A DNA stretch of 64,000 nucleotides, taken from the NCBI GenBank assembly GCA_040285825.1, contig JAUPSS010000010.1, positions 990,881 to 1,054,880 on the forward strand, written 5' to 3'. The stretch is from Eukaryota sp. TZLM1-RC (Eukaryota > Protista > Metamonada: BaSk clade). This document shows positions 36,257 through 48,691 of this stretch, piece by piece (positions within the stretch are counted from its first letter, which is position 1; each line of letters opens with the position of its first letter). A program made the position numbers and the translations under genes. Below the pieces are notes generated by a model. It had not been told where the DNA came from. It made no database searches and worked only from the letters and a program-made list of their open reading frames with translations.

Positions 36257-37794
36257 GAGAAAGTGCAGATGGTGGCTGTTTGATGAAGATAATGTTGGAT
36301 TAATAAATCTTAACTAATTTGTCATTTAGTAGCAAAACAAACTCAGTGCTGTTTGGACAAATTGCTTTAAACCATGCTTCCTTCAACAAAATCCTGTGTT
36401 TTGTAAAAACATATTGGAATTTTCAACTGATCTGTGGCCACCTCACCAAAAATCCCTCTTTTTACCCCCATTGTATGTTTTATCGACTTTTGGGCTGCAC
36501 GATATGTGATAGATTTCCAGCAAAAATTACAACAAATACACCAGCAAGGGTTGTTTAACAGCGATTGTTTCAAACAACAATGTATCATGAAAAGATTGAT
36601 TTAATAATGAATCAAGAAAGAAACTTCAATGTCGTGACATCTTTCATGCTGCTGGTCATTATTTGACAGCATTACATGTGGTTTCAAAAATGAATTCATT
36701 TTGTTATCCAGCAGTAGCCACGGAATCATCCCTTCCAACATTTGTTTTAGTTTACAATCAACTCTAATATCTTGTTTAAACATGAGGGTATCAATGTTAA
36801 GAACATCAGTATCAAACCCAGAAGACAACCAACAGAAATAAAGAGAAGTGCTAGCCCACGTAGACATCTACAACATGATCGTGTTCAACTTGAGAATCTG
36901 TGTGATGGTCTGAGTTATATTATCATTGTTTAAGGTAATATTGTATTATTATTGTCATATTTATTCTTCAAGTAATTATTATCAGCATTTCAAATATCTT
37001 ATTTCAAATAAAATTTCACTGTTACAATTTATTGAAATTTCAGTTGACGCAGCAACAAAAACAATAAAATTAGATGTCAGTATATCATGAAACATTATGC
37101 TTTCCAGTTTCTTGTTTTTCATCGAAGAACCATCATTTCACAGTGTGCTCAGTGTACAGGATTGTTTTCGTTTAATCCACAGTTACCACGTTACAGAAGT
37201 AGAACAAATTGTTTTGTAGTAAAAAGCACCCCTACTGCTGTGTGATGATTGAAAAAATGACTGACCCAAAAGAATGTCGAGCATTTTTTGGAAAGAATTC
37301 AATTACTTATTTATTAATACACACCATATTATTTAACCATTATCCAGCTTAGTTAAATTGGCTAGACAAAACTATTAAATTGAAATCACTATTATATTAT
37401 AAAACAGGCTGTAAAACAGAATTTTATTAGTCTCCAACCACCATCATTTCATCTTTAATCCAAGAAAAAACCAAACCTTCCAGTCCTTTTTGTTCTTCAT
37501 GGAGTCTGAAGTAATTTGAAAATGCAAATTAGCAAACAATTCTCTAATATTGCTAGTCTCTTTGTTCATGGTTATTGCTTTAAGGTAAATGAAAATTGGT
37601 TTGATTAGATAGGAAGTCAGTCAACAAAGACATAGAGAGGTTCAAGCAAAGTCTCCTTTTCCATTAAATATGAATTTCCTGCTCTGCTTGAATATCTCTG
37701 CAGAAGCTGAAAATGTCACAAAGTTCATTATCTACTTTTTTTGGGCAACAATAGCCCAACCACAGATGAAACGAATGAATATTCATATAACCTT

Positions 37795-38278
37795 TTTTTA
37801 AAAAAAACTGGATATTTATTGAGATAAAAAACCCATCTAGAATTCAATATCCTCCAAACATGCGTCACTATTACTGAACCTATTCACAGCATTACGTTCA
37901 TATTCTACACCAATAGCTAAAAGTGCCTTTGAAATCATTGTTGGAATAGACTTGAAAATGCAAAAAAAACAATTCTATTTAACCAGAAAGTGGAGTTCAT
38001 TGTTTTACCAGACCTATTCAGTAACACTTTTTTAAAATTTTCAAAAAAGTGCAACCCTGAAAGTCCAATATTGCCAAAAAGAGAAATTGCAAACAGCAAA
38101 AACTGATATTTCACATGTTCCACTCTACCTAATTGTGCCAAAGGTTCTTCATATTTTTTTAGCTTCTTTTTTTTGGCGTTAGATAACGGCGAATCAGCGG
38201 AATACACAAAACGAGCAGCAGAATTTTTGCAAACATCAACTGAGACAACATCTACAACATTGAGAACACCATCGATCA
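37795..38278 (-). mobile_element. Family R2 3' fragment
   Basis: Matches 12180-12645 (VSVDVC..SAAR..YSAD.PLSNA). Confidence 0.85.
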
Positions 38279-38339
38279 TATAACCTTAAAAAACACTTCA
38301 GCAGCTATTTTTGACCTATAATAAGTAAATATTCAATTT

Positions 38340-39060
38340 ACGAAGAATCAAACAAAAACAAAACAAACTAAAACACATAAGAAACTAAATTCTCCACGCC
38401 AACTCTTGATGAATCCTTATAAAGTTTGGACATCATTAAACTCAAGTACTTGGGAACACTTCTGTACAAAGCGAAAATGATACAATTCTTCCATAAATTC
38501 CCTGCAAAATTCTTACCACTTGAACGACATAAATTACCAAAATCATTGATGAAATTCAAGGCAGATTGTCCAATATTGCCAAAAATCGAAAAGGCAAAAG
38601 GAACAAACGAAAACTTCGAGTAAAGATTCTTATTTAAATCATTTAATATCTCAGTATATTTATCTCTCTTACGATCTTCAGCCTTGTTTAAATGACCATT
38701 AGTACTAAGTAAAAGATCATCGCGATAAACAAAAGCAAAGGGATCAACTGTAGTGAAATCAACAACAAATAGAGGAATCCACAAAAGGAGCAATTAAATC
38801 ACCTCGACGTGAATTAAACGGATTATCATCACTATAATGCTTCAACAAAAGTTCTACTTTGCAACTAAAATTGTAACACTTGAACATCTCATATGTCACA
38901 TCACGAACGGCATTATGAAGAACTGACCTATATTGGAGAAATTTCTTACAGCTCACAATATGACAGAAATTGGCAGCAATTTTTTTTGTTACAGATACAA
39001 TAAGAATTGTCCAAAAGACCACTTGGATACATCCCTAATCTCAACCGCATGTTTTGTTTC
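38340..39060 (-). mobile_element. Family R5 3' fragment (REL endonuclease)
   Basis: HIVSC...LHNAVRD...RRGDLI...VVDFTTVDP...AEDRKRDKY PD-(D/E)xK-type motifs. Confidence 0.8.
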
Positions 39061-39352
39061 CAAGCTTCATTTGTTAAGTGAAGACCAAATGGCCTTGGTT
39101 GCTGAGATATTAAACTAGTACAGTTCTGAATGTCTGATAAAAAGGCATTTTATAAATTTCCAAATCATAACATAACTGAAACTACTAAACTATAACTACT
39201 AGAACATTATTGAAAAACTTTATTATAAATAAACGAATTTATTCGATGTTGTACAGATTTTTTAAACAAAATTATCCATATACATTATTATGGTAGTAAG
39301 GGTGATATTGCATAAACTAATTATATACCTCAAAAACCAATTTATTTACAAA

Positions 39353-41392
39353 CTAAATCCCTTTACTAGTCCATACAATAGAATTGGCAAACAACCTGTG
39401 ACCATCAGTTGAGCTTTGCCAGCCAGTACAACCAATATCACTACTCCAAGAACCACAACCAAACTCCACAATTCTACCTTGTCCTATTTCATTCTTTGCA
39501 ATCAAAGGACTTCCATTAGACACACTTGCCAACAAGGTTCCATTGACAAGTTGGGCATCTTTACGAGCATGAGGAACAACAAAAGAGTTGACTTTTGTGA
39601 ATACTGGGTCATTTGAGTTTGTTTTAACAATGTTTTGTTGTGAATAAAGGTTAGTATAATTACCCCCACTAAAGCAAGAGTAATTAAACCCTTGGGGGCT
39701 TTTTTGTGGATTAAAGTTGAACAATACCAAACCCTTACCAGCTTCCAACAGCTGGTTAAGGTATTGGCCGGGACAAGAGACAAGGTGAGCATCCAACACC
39801 ACCACATCAAAAGGTTCAAGTTCGTTGTAATTGTTGATGGCGTTACCACTTGAATTAATATCAACTTCTAAATCTCCCCAATTTTCAGTTAAACCTTTAT
39901 TAAGAATGGTGGTTAGGTCGTTAATGTGACCTGAAGAAACCCAAACCCCAACACTAATTTTCGTCATCAATTCCCTTCCTAATAAATTTCTGGAAATTTC
40001 GCCAATATTGTCCCTTGAACAATTGTTTTTAATTACCTTCTCCAACCATTCTTCTTTTCTTTTATTTAAAGAATTTGTTAAAGTAATGTTTGATAATAAA
40101 TTACTTGGAATAGTTGGTAAATCTGGAACTAATTCAAATGAATAATTATCAATAACCTTGCTTAATAACAAAGAGTTGGATTGTTGAATTGCAAAATTAA
40201 CAACATTAATAAATTCTTGATTGGAAAACCTACCAAATTCCAATTTAGAAATAACTAAATCAAAATCAATATTAGAAATTAAATTAGATTCAAGGTTAAA
40301 GAGCCAAATAAAATCTGAAACATTAATTGATTTTGAATTATTGATAAAATTGATAATTAATTTTTGTTTTAATTCCAAGTCAATTTCAAGAGGAATTAAT
40401 TCATCAATTTCATCTCTTGAAGGGAAACAATCTTGACCAATTTGGGCAGCAAGGACAAGTTCCTGAGCTCTTTTTGAAATATTCAGCTTGTCAACATCAA
40501 TCAAATCCTTGCCAAGTAATTTACCTAATAAAGATAGCTTAAAACCAATAGTTTCAGATTCTAAATTATCAAAACAAGAAAATAAACTAGTTTTAAATTC
40601 ATCAACTACATTATAAATCTTTTGAATCTCTTCTTGAGCTCTTTCCTTGGCAGCACCATTAAAAGCAAGTGATTCTTCAACAGTATTTGAGGATTCTAAC
40701 TGTTGAATCTTGATACCTGACTGCCTAATCAAATCACCAATCAAATCATGAAGAAGTGATTGGGATTGATTGAGGGTTTCCCTTACGACAGATTCCACTT
40801 TATCCCCTGATTGAACTACCAAGGGGGTAATAGTGGAAGCCTTGGCCTGAAACTCTTCAATTTGCTTTGTGAAAGCTTCCTTGGCTTGTGAAAAAGAAAC
40901 AAGAGCTTCGTGATGGAGCGAGTGGCCTTGGAGCAAGCCACATGAATCGCATAGAGCAACCTTGCACTTGGTGCAATAATGCTCGATTTGCTTACCCTTA
41001 TGGTGAGGGCATTTTGGCAGGGAGACATTGGAGCGTTCGGAGAGGGGTACGATGTTGTGGGATTGGAATGCTTTCAATGTGTGTGCTTGTTCGGAGCACT
41101 TCCCACAGAAAGATAGATCACACTCAGAGCAGAAGAGGGTGGCAGGAGCATCTTCACATCCTTTGCAGAGCTGGGGTTCGGGAGAGTGTTTAGAGGAGGA
41201 TTCAATGATGTCGCGTAGAGTAATGTTGATACGGTGGCACATGGAAGGAATCACCTCGCGACACTGAGGACAGGTTGAGTTATGCTTCTTTGAGGGCAAC
41301 AGACATCGATCACGACAGAAACTATGACCACACGGGAGCGTAGTTGGCTGTTCCATGACCTGAAGACATATTCCGCATTCTAGGTGAGACAT
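39353..41392 (-). CDS. TRIM-like E3 ligase: RING, two B-boxes, coiled coil, uncharacterised C-terminal alpha/beta domain
   Basis: CGIC..PCGHSFC..C..CPQC RING; CKGC...CSEC..FC..C...H and CPHH...YC..C...CDSC...H B-boxes. The start MSHLEC is supported by the paralog at 63241. Confidence 0.88.
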   Translation of the reverse strand: MSHLECGICLQVMEQPTTLPCGHSFCRDRCLLPSKKHNSTCPQCREVIPSMCHRINITLRDIIESSSKHSPEPQLCKGCEDAPATLFCSECDLSFCGKCSEQAHTLKAFQSHNIVPLSERSNVSLPKCPHHKGKQIEHYCTKCKVALCDSCGLLQGHSLHHEALVSFSQAKEAFTKQIEEFQAKASTITPLVVQSGDKVESVVRETLNQSQSLLHDLIGDLIRQSGIKIQQLESSNTVEESLAFNGAAKERAQEEIQKIYNVVDEFKTSLFSCFDNLESETIGFKLSLLGKLLGKDLIDVDKLNISKRAQELVLAAQIGQDCFPSRDEIDELIPLEIDLELKQKLIINFINNSKSINVSDFIWLFNLESNLISNIDFDLVISKLEFGRFSNQEFINVVNFAIQQSNSLLLSKVIDNYSFELVPDLPTIPSNLLSNITLTNSLNKRKEEWLEKVIKNNCSRDNIGEISRNLLGRELMTKISVGVWVSSGHINDLTTILNKGLTENWGDLEVDINSSGNAINNYNELEPFDVVVLDAHLVSCPGQYLNQLLEAGKGLVLFNFNPQKSPQGFNYSCFSGGNYTNLYSQQNIVKTNSNDPVFTKVNSFVVPHARKDAQLVNGTLLASVSNGSPLIAKNEIGQGRIVEFGCGSWSSDIGCTGWQSSTDGHRLFANSIVWTSKGI

Positions 41393-42345
41393 TAGGAGAT
41401 GTAGATGAGATAATAAATGGTAAAACAAAATATTGAAAGGCTTTTTCGTCATGCTTACGTGGCATTTTGATAATTCTATTGGTTAATATCGTGGGAGACT
41501 ATAAACTGTTGATTGCAACAACTTCAAGATGACTGAGCATTCTTTGGAAAACCTGTTGGTATGGATGAATGTTGAAATATTAGAATAAACCATCAGAAAT
41601 TTAAGATTTAGAGTTGTCCTTTGAATCAATCAATTGATCTGATTATTACTGAAGAATGGATATTTTTAACAATATTTCCAAAAGTCACAGAGTAGGGAAC
41701 AGGTCAAATTGTTTGGAAAGTTTTTGGGACTTTTTATATTACCGTGCTTTGAATTTTGTTCGGAATTCTACATAAAGTATTTGACGCCAGATCAAATATT
41801 ATCATTCTACAACTGCAATGCAGAGACCTGTTTCCATGCAACAGCCCCGTAAGCACAGAGTTACTGTGCTTCATCATTTTCAACCGGTAACCTGCGGGGA
41901 CTATAGAAGCTTTTAACTATTGGAAATGGGGAATGAAATATTACATTAGGATCAGAAGATCTGCAAACATTTGCTAAACGTTTGCTTTTAAAGTATAAAT
42001 TTAGAACTACCTGTTATAGTAATTTGAGAAAGCATTTTCTAATTCAATATTTTGAAAGCACAAACAGAAAGAAAAGAAAAAAATGTCTTTGAAAGACATT
42101 GGAAAATTTTAGCCAAAATTTTCAATATCGTTGTTACTAACTTTACCTTTTAATGCACAGAATGCTTTTACATCAACATTAAAATACTACATTCATCAGA
42201 AAAAACCGGTTTTAAAAAATGCAGGATATAAACTTCACAAAAGAATAAAAACACAAAGATTAGTTCCGTATAGCAAAACTTAATTAAGCACCTTAAAACG
42301 CCTCAATTAATAAAACTATTTATTAAAAAAAACAAGGCACAAAAA

Positions 42346-43549
42346 CTACTTCTTATTCTTACTCTTCGAAGCGTTAAACTTAAACAAACAAATATCTCCG
42401 TCATCAAGATAAGACTCTTTTCCCATCATCATTAACTTCCCGGCCGACTTGACCGCAGCCTCAGTCTCATACTCTTTAAGATCCTCAAACTTCATGACCG
42501 AAGCACAAATGAAGTAGTTTTCCATATCGCTATGAATTCTTCCTGCACATTGCCTAGTAGTCATTCCCTTTCTAAAAGTCCATGCCTTAACTTCCTTTTC
42601 TCCGGCAGTAAAGAAATGGCAAAGGTTCAATGTCTTGTATCCTGAATGGATAATCTTGTTCAACACAGATGGAGCCTTATTTTCCCTAATATAAGCTTCT
42701 CTACTTTCAGGGTCCATTGAATGCAATGTCTTCTCGTATTGGGCAGAAAAAGGGATGGCGGGCTCGTTGCCGTGAGCTTGGATCCATTGAGCTACTTTAG
42801 GCAAGTATTTGCTCTTTTTACGAACGTAATCATCTTCACTCAAATTGATTAAATAAATAACTGGCTTGGCAGTCAACAACTGAAACTCATTAAGCCAATC
42901 AATTTCCTTTGGCTCATAATCAGCAAATCTGATTTGATCACCTTCCTCTAGCATTGCCTTAATCCTGGCAAAAAAGTCATATTCCTCCCGTAAATCTTTG
43001 CTTGCCCTAACCAATCTTGACAACTTCTCCAAATGTTTAGTAACCATTTCTAAATCTTTTTTAATGAGTTCATCAGTAATCATGTCCAAGTCTCTCACAG
43101 GGTCTACTTCTCCTCCCTCATGAGTAGGTACAGTGAGGTCATCAAAGGCACGGACCAAGTGAAAGATACCGTCGACAGCACGGATATGGGAGAGGAAAGC
43201 GTTACCAAGACCAGCACCTTCAGCTGCACCTCGTACTAAACCGGCAATGTCGTAAACATTGAGGTGAGCCTTGACAGCAGAAGTGGGCTTAAACTTCTCT
43301 ACTAACCAGTCAAAGCGAGAGTCAGGGACGTCGCATTGGGCAAGATGAGGGTCAATGGTGGCGAAGCAGAAGTTTGCTTCTTTGCTGTTAGAGTCGGTGA
43401 GAATGTTGAAGATGGTGCTTTTACCAACGTTGGGAGTACCGAATAAAGTAAGTAGGGGTGAATAGAGACATACCTAGACCAAAAGCTACATTTGAAGACA
43501 TTCTACCGAGAAGCTTCTTCTGAGGAGCGGTTTCGACTTTCTTGACCAT
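42346..43549 (-). CDS. OLA1: Obg-like ATPase 1 (YchF/OLA1), 390 aa, 2 exons (43549-43474, 43442-42346)
   Basis: Spliced GLVGTPNVGKST P-loop, FATIDP, DIAGLVRGA..GAGLGNAFLSHIR, LLTAKP, FFTAGEKEVKAWT, TGS-like end DGDICLFKFN. Confidence 0.93.
43443..43473 (-). other. 31-nt non-canonical GT-AT intron in OLA1
   Basis: GTATGTCTCTATTCACCCCTACTTACTTTAT. Removal recreates the conserved Val of G-x-V-G (codon G|TC). The next AG lies inside the P-loop. Confidence 0.8.
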
Positions 43550-43919
43550 GGTATGTGTATGTAAGACTAAGTAGAGAGTATAAGGACAAGCGTTTGGAAA
43601 AATGAAGTATTATTGTTCAATTTTGATTTTTATCAATCCTTTTTCTTAATGAAAAACTTAAAGAATTCCATTTGCACTCACTGGAATTACGAATTCCACT
43701 GCAAAAATTTCAGTAATAATGATCAGGAATAATGGAATTCAAAGGTATGATTTTGAAGGCCCATTATTAGAATCTTTTTTCAAAATGCAAATATCCTACA
43801 GAAATTATGTTAATCTGGATAACTTGTACGAGTCTCATTGGGTTTAGATGTTCTGAAATGCTATTTCAACTCCAAATAGTTTTTCATTTTTTAATAAAAT
43901 TTGCTTATTAAATACCACA

Positions 43920-44720
43920 TCATTCAACATCTAAACCATCTCTCCCAAAACAAAACCAATAGATATAACTCTCTCACAGTGAAATCCAAGAGAAAGCAAA
44001 ATATCAAAAACCATCTTCATCATTCTTTAAAAAATAAAAAACACAATTCTATGGTGGTAATCTATCGAGTTCACAAAATAACTCATTCAAATAGGTACTG
44101 CGTTTTGGAACTAACAAATGAGAATCTTCAGAAAACATACAAGAAAATTAATAAATTAAATTCTTGCATCCACCCAAAAATGCTGATTGACACAAAATAG
44201 AAAATTTTGCAAATATAACACCTCCAAAATTTGCTGCAGAAAATAAGTGATTTTTTAACTTTCTTGGTTCATATAATAACTCAGCAAATAATTCTGTTCT
44301 CAATGAATTTAAGGAACGACAAAAATCTATTGCTATGGAAGAATCACAAGATCTCAAAATGTGGGTTATTCTAACAGTATTTTAAATTTAAAGCATGAAA
44401 ATCATTGTTTTTTTTTCGAAATTTAAGTAAAGAATTGAATCAAGTCCAGTTATTATTATTCCTAAATGCCTTGTCATTCTTTGAAAAACTGAGGAACATT
44501 TCATATCCAGACACCAACCAAGAAATCTAAAAACATCACTACTGTAGTGAGTAAAAGGAACAACAAAATCATTAATCACAGGGTGCGGAGCAGAAGAGCC
44601 AATCAGAAGGCATTTGCTCGCATTGTGATGAAGCCCAATACTTTCATATGAATTGCCAATTTCATCAGCAACCTTTGCAGCAAATCAAATGAACCAATCA
44701 AGGATATATCATCCATGTCA
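43920..44720 (-). mobile_element. Family R4 heavily decayed fragment
   Basis: HLFSAANFGGVIFAKFSILCQSAFLGG and the 3' end match the other R4 copies; RT remnant near 44700. Confidence 0.7.
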
Positions 44721-44818
44721 GCAAAAACAATAGTTGTTGATTATCATCAAGTTTATCAAACTCCCACCAACATCTTCAACGTTTCAATCCAACCTCACTC
44801 TTTTTTCTATCTTTCTCC

Positions 44819-46148
44819 ATGATCTCTGGTTTCTTTATCATGTCAGCCACTAACGGGTGTGTTTTTAACTCCCATTTATTTCAGCGAAGTCATTGTGATG
44901 AAGCAATGTCTTCATGAAACCCCTCGCTCTGTCTGCAACCATTTCTGGCAACACGTTAAGGAACTGCCTCACGGAGAAGCTGAACCAATTTTTGTCGCTG
45001 GTTCCTTCCGACTCGTTCACATTCTCTATGAATCCGTTTATTGGGTTGCCATCACAAAATCCGATACTTTTGCCCTCTCTCTTTGTGACTACATCCACCA
45101 TATACAAAAGACAACCTGCAACTACATCAAGGGAGCTTCCTCTGATCACCTCACCTCTCACTTTGACACTGTTTTTCTAATTCTAGACCAACTAATTGAC
45201 GCCGGGAACCCCTCGCTCATTGAACCCCACACCCTTGACACATTCTTTGGATCTGCAACCTCTTCCCTCAAGGAGCAATCTTCTGGTGGATTCTCTTCCT
45301 CTCAAGGTCTCTGTGATACCCCAATGAAGGTGTTGTGGCGTCCTGAAGGAGTCAAATACTCTACAAATGAAATCTTTCTTGATTTTATCGAACAAGTCAA
45401 TTGCGTAATGGACTTTAACGGTGTGGTTCTATCGTCTGCCGTCAATGGTAAAGTTATTGCTAAGAGTAAGCTGTCTGGCCATCCTGAACTCACTCTCCAC
45501 TTCAAAAACCCTGGTATTATCGATCACTGCATGCTTCATCGTTGCGCACGGTTAAAGAAATGGTCACGTGATCGATTGGTTTCCTTTGTCCCCCAAGAGG
45601 GTTCGTTTCAATTGATGAATTATGTTGTTTCCAATGCTTCTCCTCTACCTGTGAGTGCAAAGGTAACAATGAATGTTACTGAAAGTAATGATGAAAATGA
45701 GGAGGTTGAGGTTAATATTCAAGTGACACCTAAATCGTTACCAGAAGGGATCAACTTTGAAAATTTGGTCGTGTCGTTTCCGTTGACAAGCACTGTGAGC
45801 TCCCATTCACTTACAGCCAATGTCGGTTCTTATTCCCGCAAAAGTTTCAAGGAAGGGTCTGATTTTTGTGTCTGGAAAATTGGTAAAATTCCACCCAACA
45901 AAATGCCCGTCTTGTCTGGAACTATTTCATTAAGTAAATCCGTTGAGGAAGGTGAGTCGTTGTATGGTGCAGCAAGTGAAAGTTCATTACCCATTGCTAT
46001 TGATTTCACCATTCCTTCTTACTCCTATTCTGGGCTCAAGGTGGACCATTTGCATGTGGGCAGTGAGATTTATAAGGTTTTCAAGGGGGTAAAGTATGAG
46101 ACCCAAGCTGGAGAATATTGGGTGAGGAGTAAAAAGAGAAGCGCTTGA
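44819..46148 (+). CDS. AP3M: Adaptor complex medium subunit, most like AP-3 mu; 28-nt GT-AG intron 44857-44884
   Basis: Spliced start MISGFFIMSATNGEVIV; WRPEGVKYSTNEIFLD, KLSGHPEL, SGLKVDHL...FKGVKY mu-homology motifs. Confidence 0.85.
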
Positions 46149-46599
46149 GGTTGTATATTTTGTTGATTTATTTATTTGAATAAACATTAGTTTAGTTTCG
46201 GGTTTTGTCAAACCTATGAAAATTCTGACGGAGTTATGAAGTCATTCAAAAACAGCGCGTCACTTATTAGACTCTAGAACACAAATTATTCCAAAGTTGA
46301 ATAAATAAACAACTTTTGTAGGAAGATCAACAACAAAATAATTGGCAATGATCTGAATTGCTTAAGATTCAGTGTTGTTGCTAAGGTGAGGAATTTTCTA
46401 AACAAGAAAACTCCTAGTTTGAATTTAATTTATTTGTTCGATTCTTCGGGTAATTCTTTGATTTTTATTACGTATTTTTATTACGTAACTTTCAAATATC
46501 CAGTAGTCGGTATTGTCTAGAATTTTTTAGATCATTCAACCACCTGTCTTGACCTATGCATCACCAAATTGCTATTTTGCTAAGAATTTACTCAATTAT

Positions 46600-48140
46600 C
46601 GTTATTAAATAGCAATGCCATTGATGTGGATACCGACACAGGAAGAAATCAGCAATCCCGACTTCCGTCCGAGAACTATACTAAACCAACTGCGGATAAT
46701 TGGAGATCGCCGAGTCCTGCGCCGCAACCAGTTTGATTTTTTTATAAGAAGGCAAAAAAGAATAATGTGATTTATTGAAAAAATCAAACTAATGGCTAAT
46801 GGAAGAGAAACCATAATTTAATTTGGCAGTGGAGGTAATGAGCCATCAAAAATAAGTGTTTTTCCATGTATTGCGTACCTGTAAGCGTATGGTGATGTTG
46901 CTGCTTGAACTATCATTTGATCGTGATATCCAATAGTGATGGATCTAAAGTATGCTTAACGTCTATCAAGATTGCATAAATTGGTCAAAAGCCAGAAGTG
47001 CGTTTTGAAAATTGATTCTGCTTTGGAATTACCAGCTGCACGTAAAGCCTAATAATGGAATTAAACCTGATTGTATACACCCAAATTTCATTGGAGAATC
47101 TTAATCTCGTTTGTTAGCATCGATTGTCTTCGATCGTATCAAAGACAAAGCTTCTGAACATTTGAATCCCTATCAATTTGGAAAACAATTGATGGCGCTT
47201 CTGTTACTACTCTTGCTTTTGATACTTTTTTGAATGTATAGGAAAATAACTTTATTATATTGTTTATTAGATTTAGAAAAACATATTAAATTTTTCATGC
47301 TTAAAATTTGCTACACTGGGGGAATAACCCACATTTTGAGATCTTGTGCTCCTTCCATAGCATTAGACTTGTCGTGCCTTAATTTCATTGAGAACAGAAT
47401 TATTTGCTGAGTAATTGGATGTAGAACCTGGAATGTTGAAAAGTCACTTATTTTCTTCAGCAAATTTGGGCGGTATTGGATTTACTAAATCTTCTATTTT
47501 GTGTCAATCAGCATTTTTGGACAGAGGCAAGAATTTTATTTATGAATTTTTTCGTAGATTTCCTGAATATTCTCTGTTTGTTAGTTCCCATTTGTAGTCC
47601 ATATTTGAATGAGTTATCTTGTGAACTTGATAGATTGCCACCACACATTTGGGGTAAATGTTTCCCCCAATCAATTCAAGAAATTCCGAACCGATCTCTT
47701 TTTAATTTACAGTTTTGCTGTAAAAAGTTTCAACATAAATTGTCAAAGATTTTTGAAAGCTTGGATTTTGATGTTAGACTTGGCTTGGCCAAGAAAGAGA
47801 ATCCCGCTTTTGCAAATCTTTTACCAGATATGTGTGATAGTACTTCTTCTGCCTTAGTAATAACAACTCCTCAAGTTTATGGTACTCTCTCAACTGATTC
47901 TGCTTGGACATTTCGTTCCTTTATCTGGCCTGATTATTTGCCCCATAATTTAATTTGTAAATGTTCTTGCAAAATTACAATTACTCATTTGTCAAATTGT
48001 AAACATTTCATTACTTTTAAAAGCAAGGTTCACGAAGCTGTAAGAGACCAATTATATTGTATGTGTAAGTCTCATAGAAGTGTTTTTGTTTTGGGAGAGA
48101 TGGATTATTTAGATGTTGATTTATAGGTTCTTAATAAAAT
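46600..48140 (+). mobile_element. Family R4 decayed copy with internal deletions
   Basis: RT remnants (IGES..RLLASIVF, PYQFG), HLFSSANLGGIGFTKS, CKC...HLSNC; 3' end GATTTATAGGTTCTTAATAAAATTGA. Confidence 0.75.
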
Positions 48141-48191
48141 TGATAAAATCAAAAAGGAATTTGCACTATTTATCATTAATCCAAACAATAT

Positions 48192-48491
48192 ATGCCCATA
48201 CCACCTCACCAACTAGATCTTCTCACCAATGATGAACTTCTTGAAAGCATTGTAAAACTCAAAAATTACATTACCCAGTTGGAAAGCGTTCAGCAGGATG
48301 TTGACAATGTAGACACCAACCTCGCTGAATTCGAATCCCTTTACAACAGTTTTGGAGCTTCCCCAAAGCTCGCAGCCTTATTAGACACCTTCCCTGACCT
48401 TCCCAGGCTTCCACCTCCTCCTAGTCTGGGTACAAGCGAGAAACCTTTCTTATCTCTTCCATCTGTTTTGGTGAAGAATGATGAGAAATAG
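48192..48491 (+). CDS. Hypothetical 99-aa protein (short coiled coil + Pro-rich)
   Basis: ATG-initiated ORF with host-like codon composition between AT-rich flanks. Confidence 0.55.
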   Translation: MPIPPHQLDLLTNDELLESIVKLKNYITQLESVQQDVDNVDTNLAEFESLYNSFGASPKLAALLDTFPDLPRLPPPPSLGTSEKPFLSLPSVLVKNDEK

Positions 48492-48691
48492 TTTATAATG
48501 TGAATTGAAGTTGTTATCCATTAGTTTATTCTTACTTGTACTTTCTTCATCCAACGCCGTCTTTGGCACTTTTGTTTGATTGTTTACACCTTTTTGTTTT
48601 GTAAATTATTTCAACCTTTAGGGTTTCAATAAAAAGATATCCTCATGTATACCAACTATTCCAATCTATATGTTTATTAATACATCTCAAA

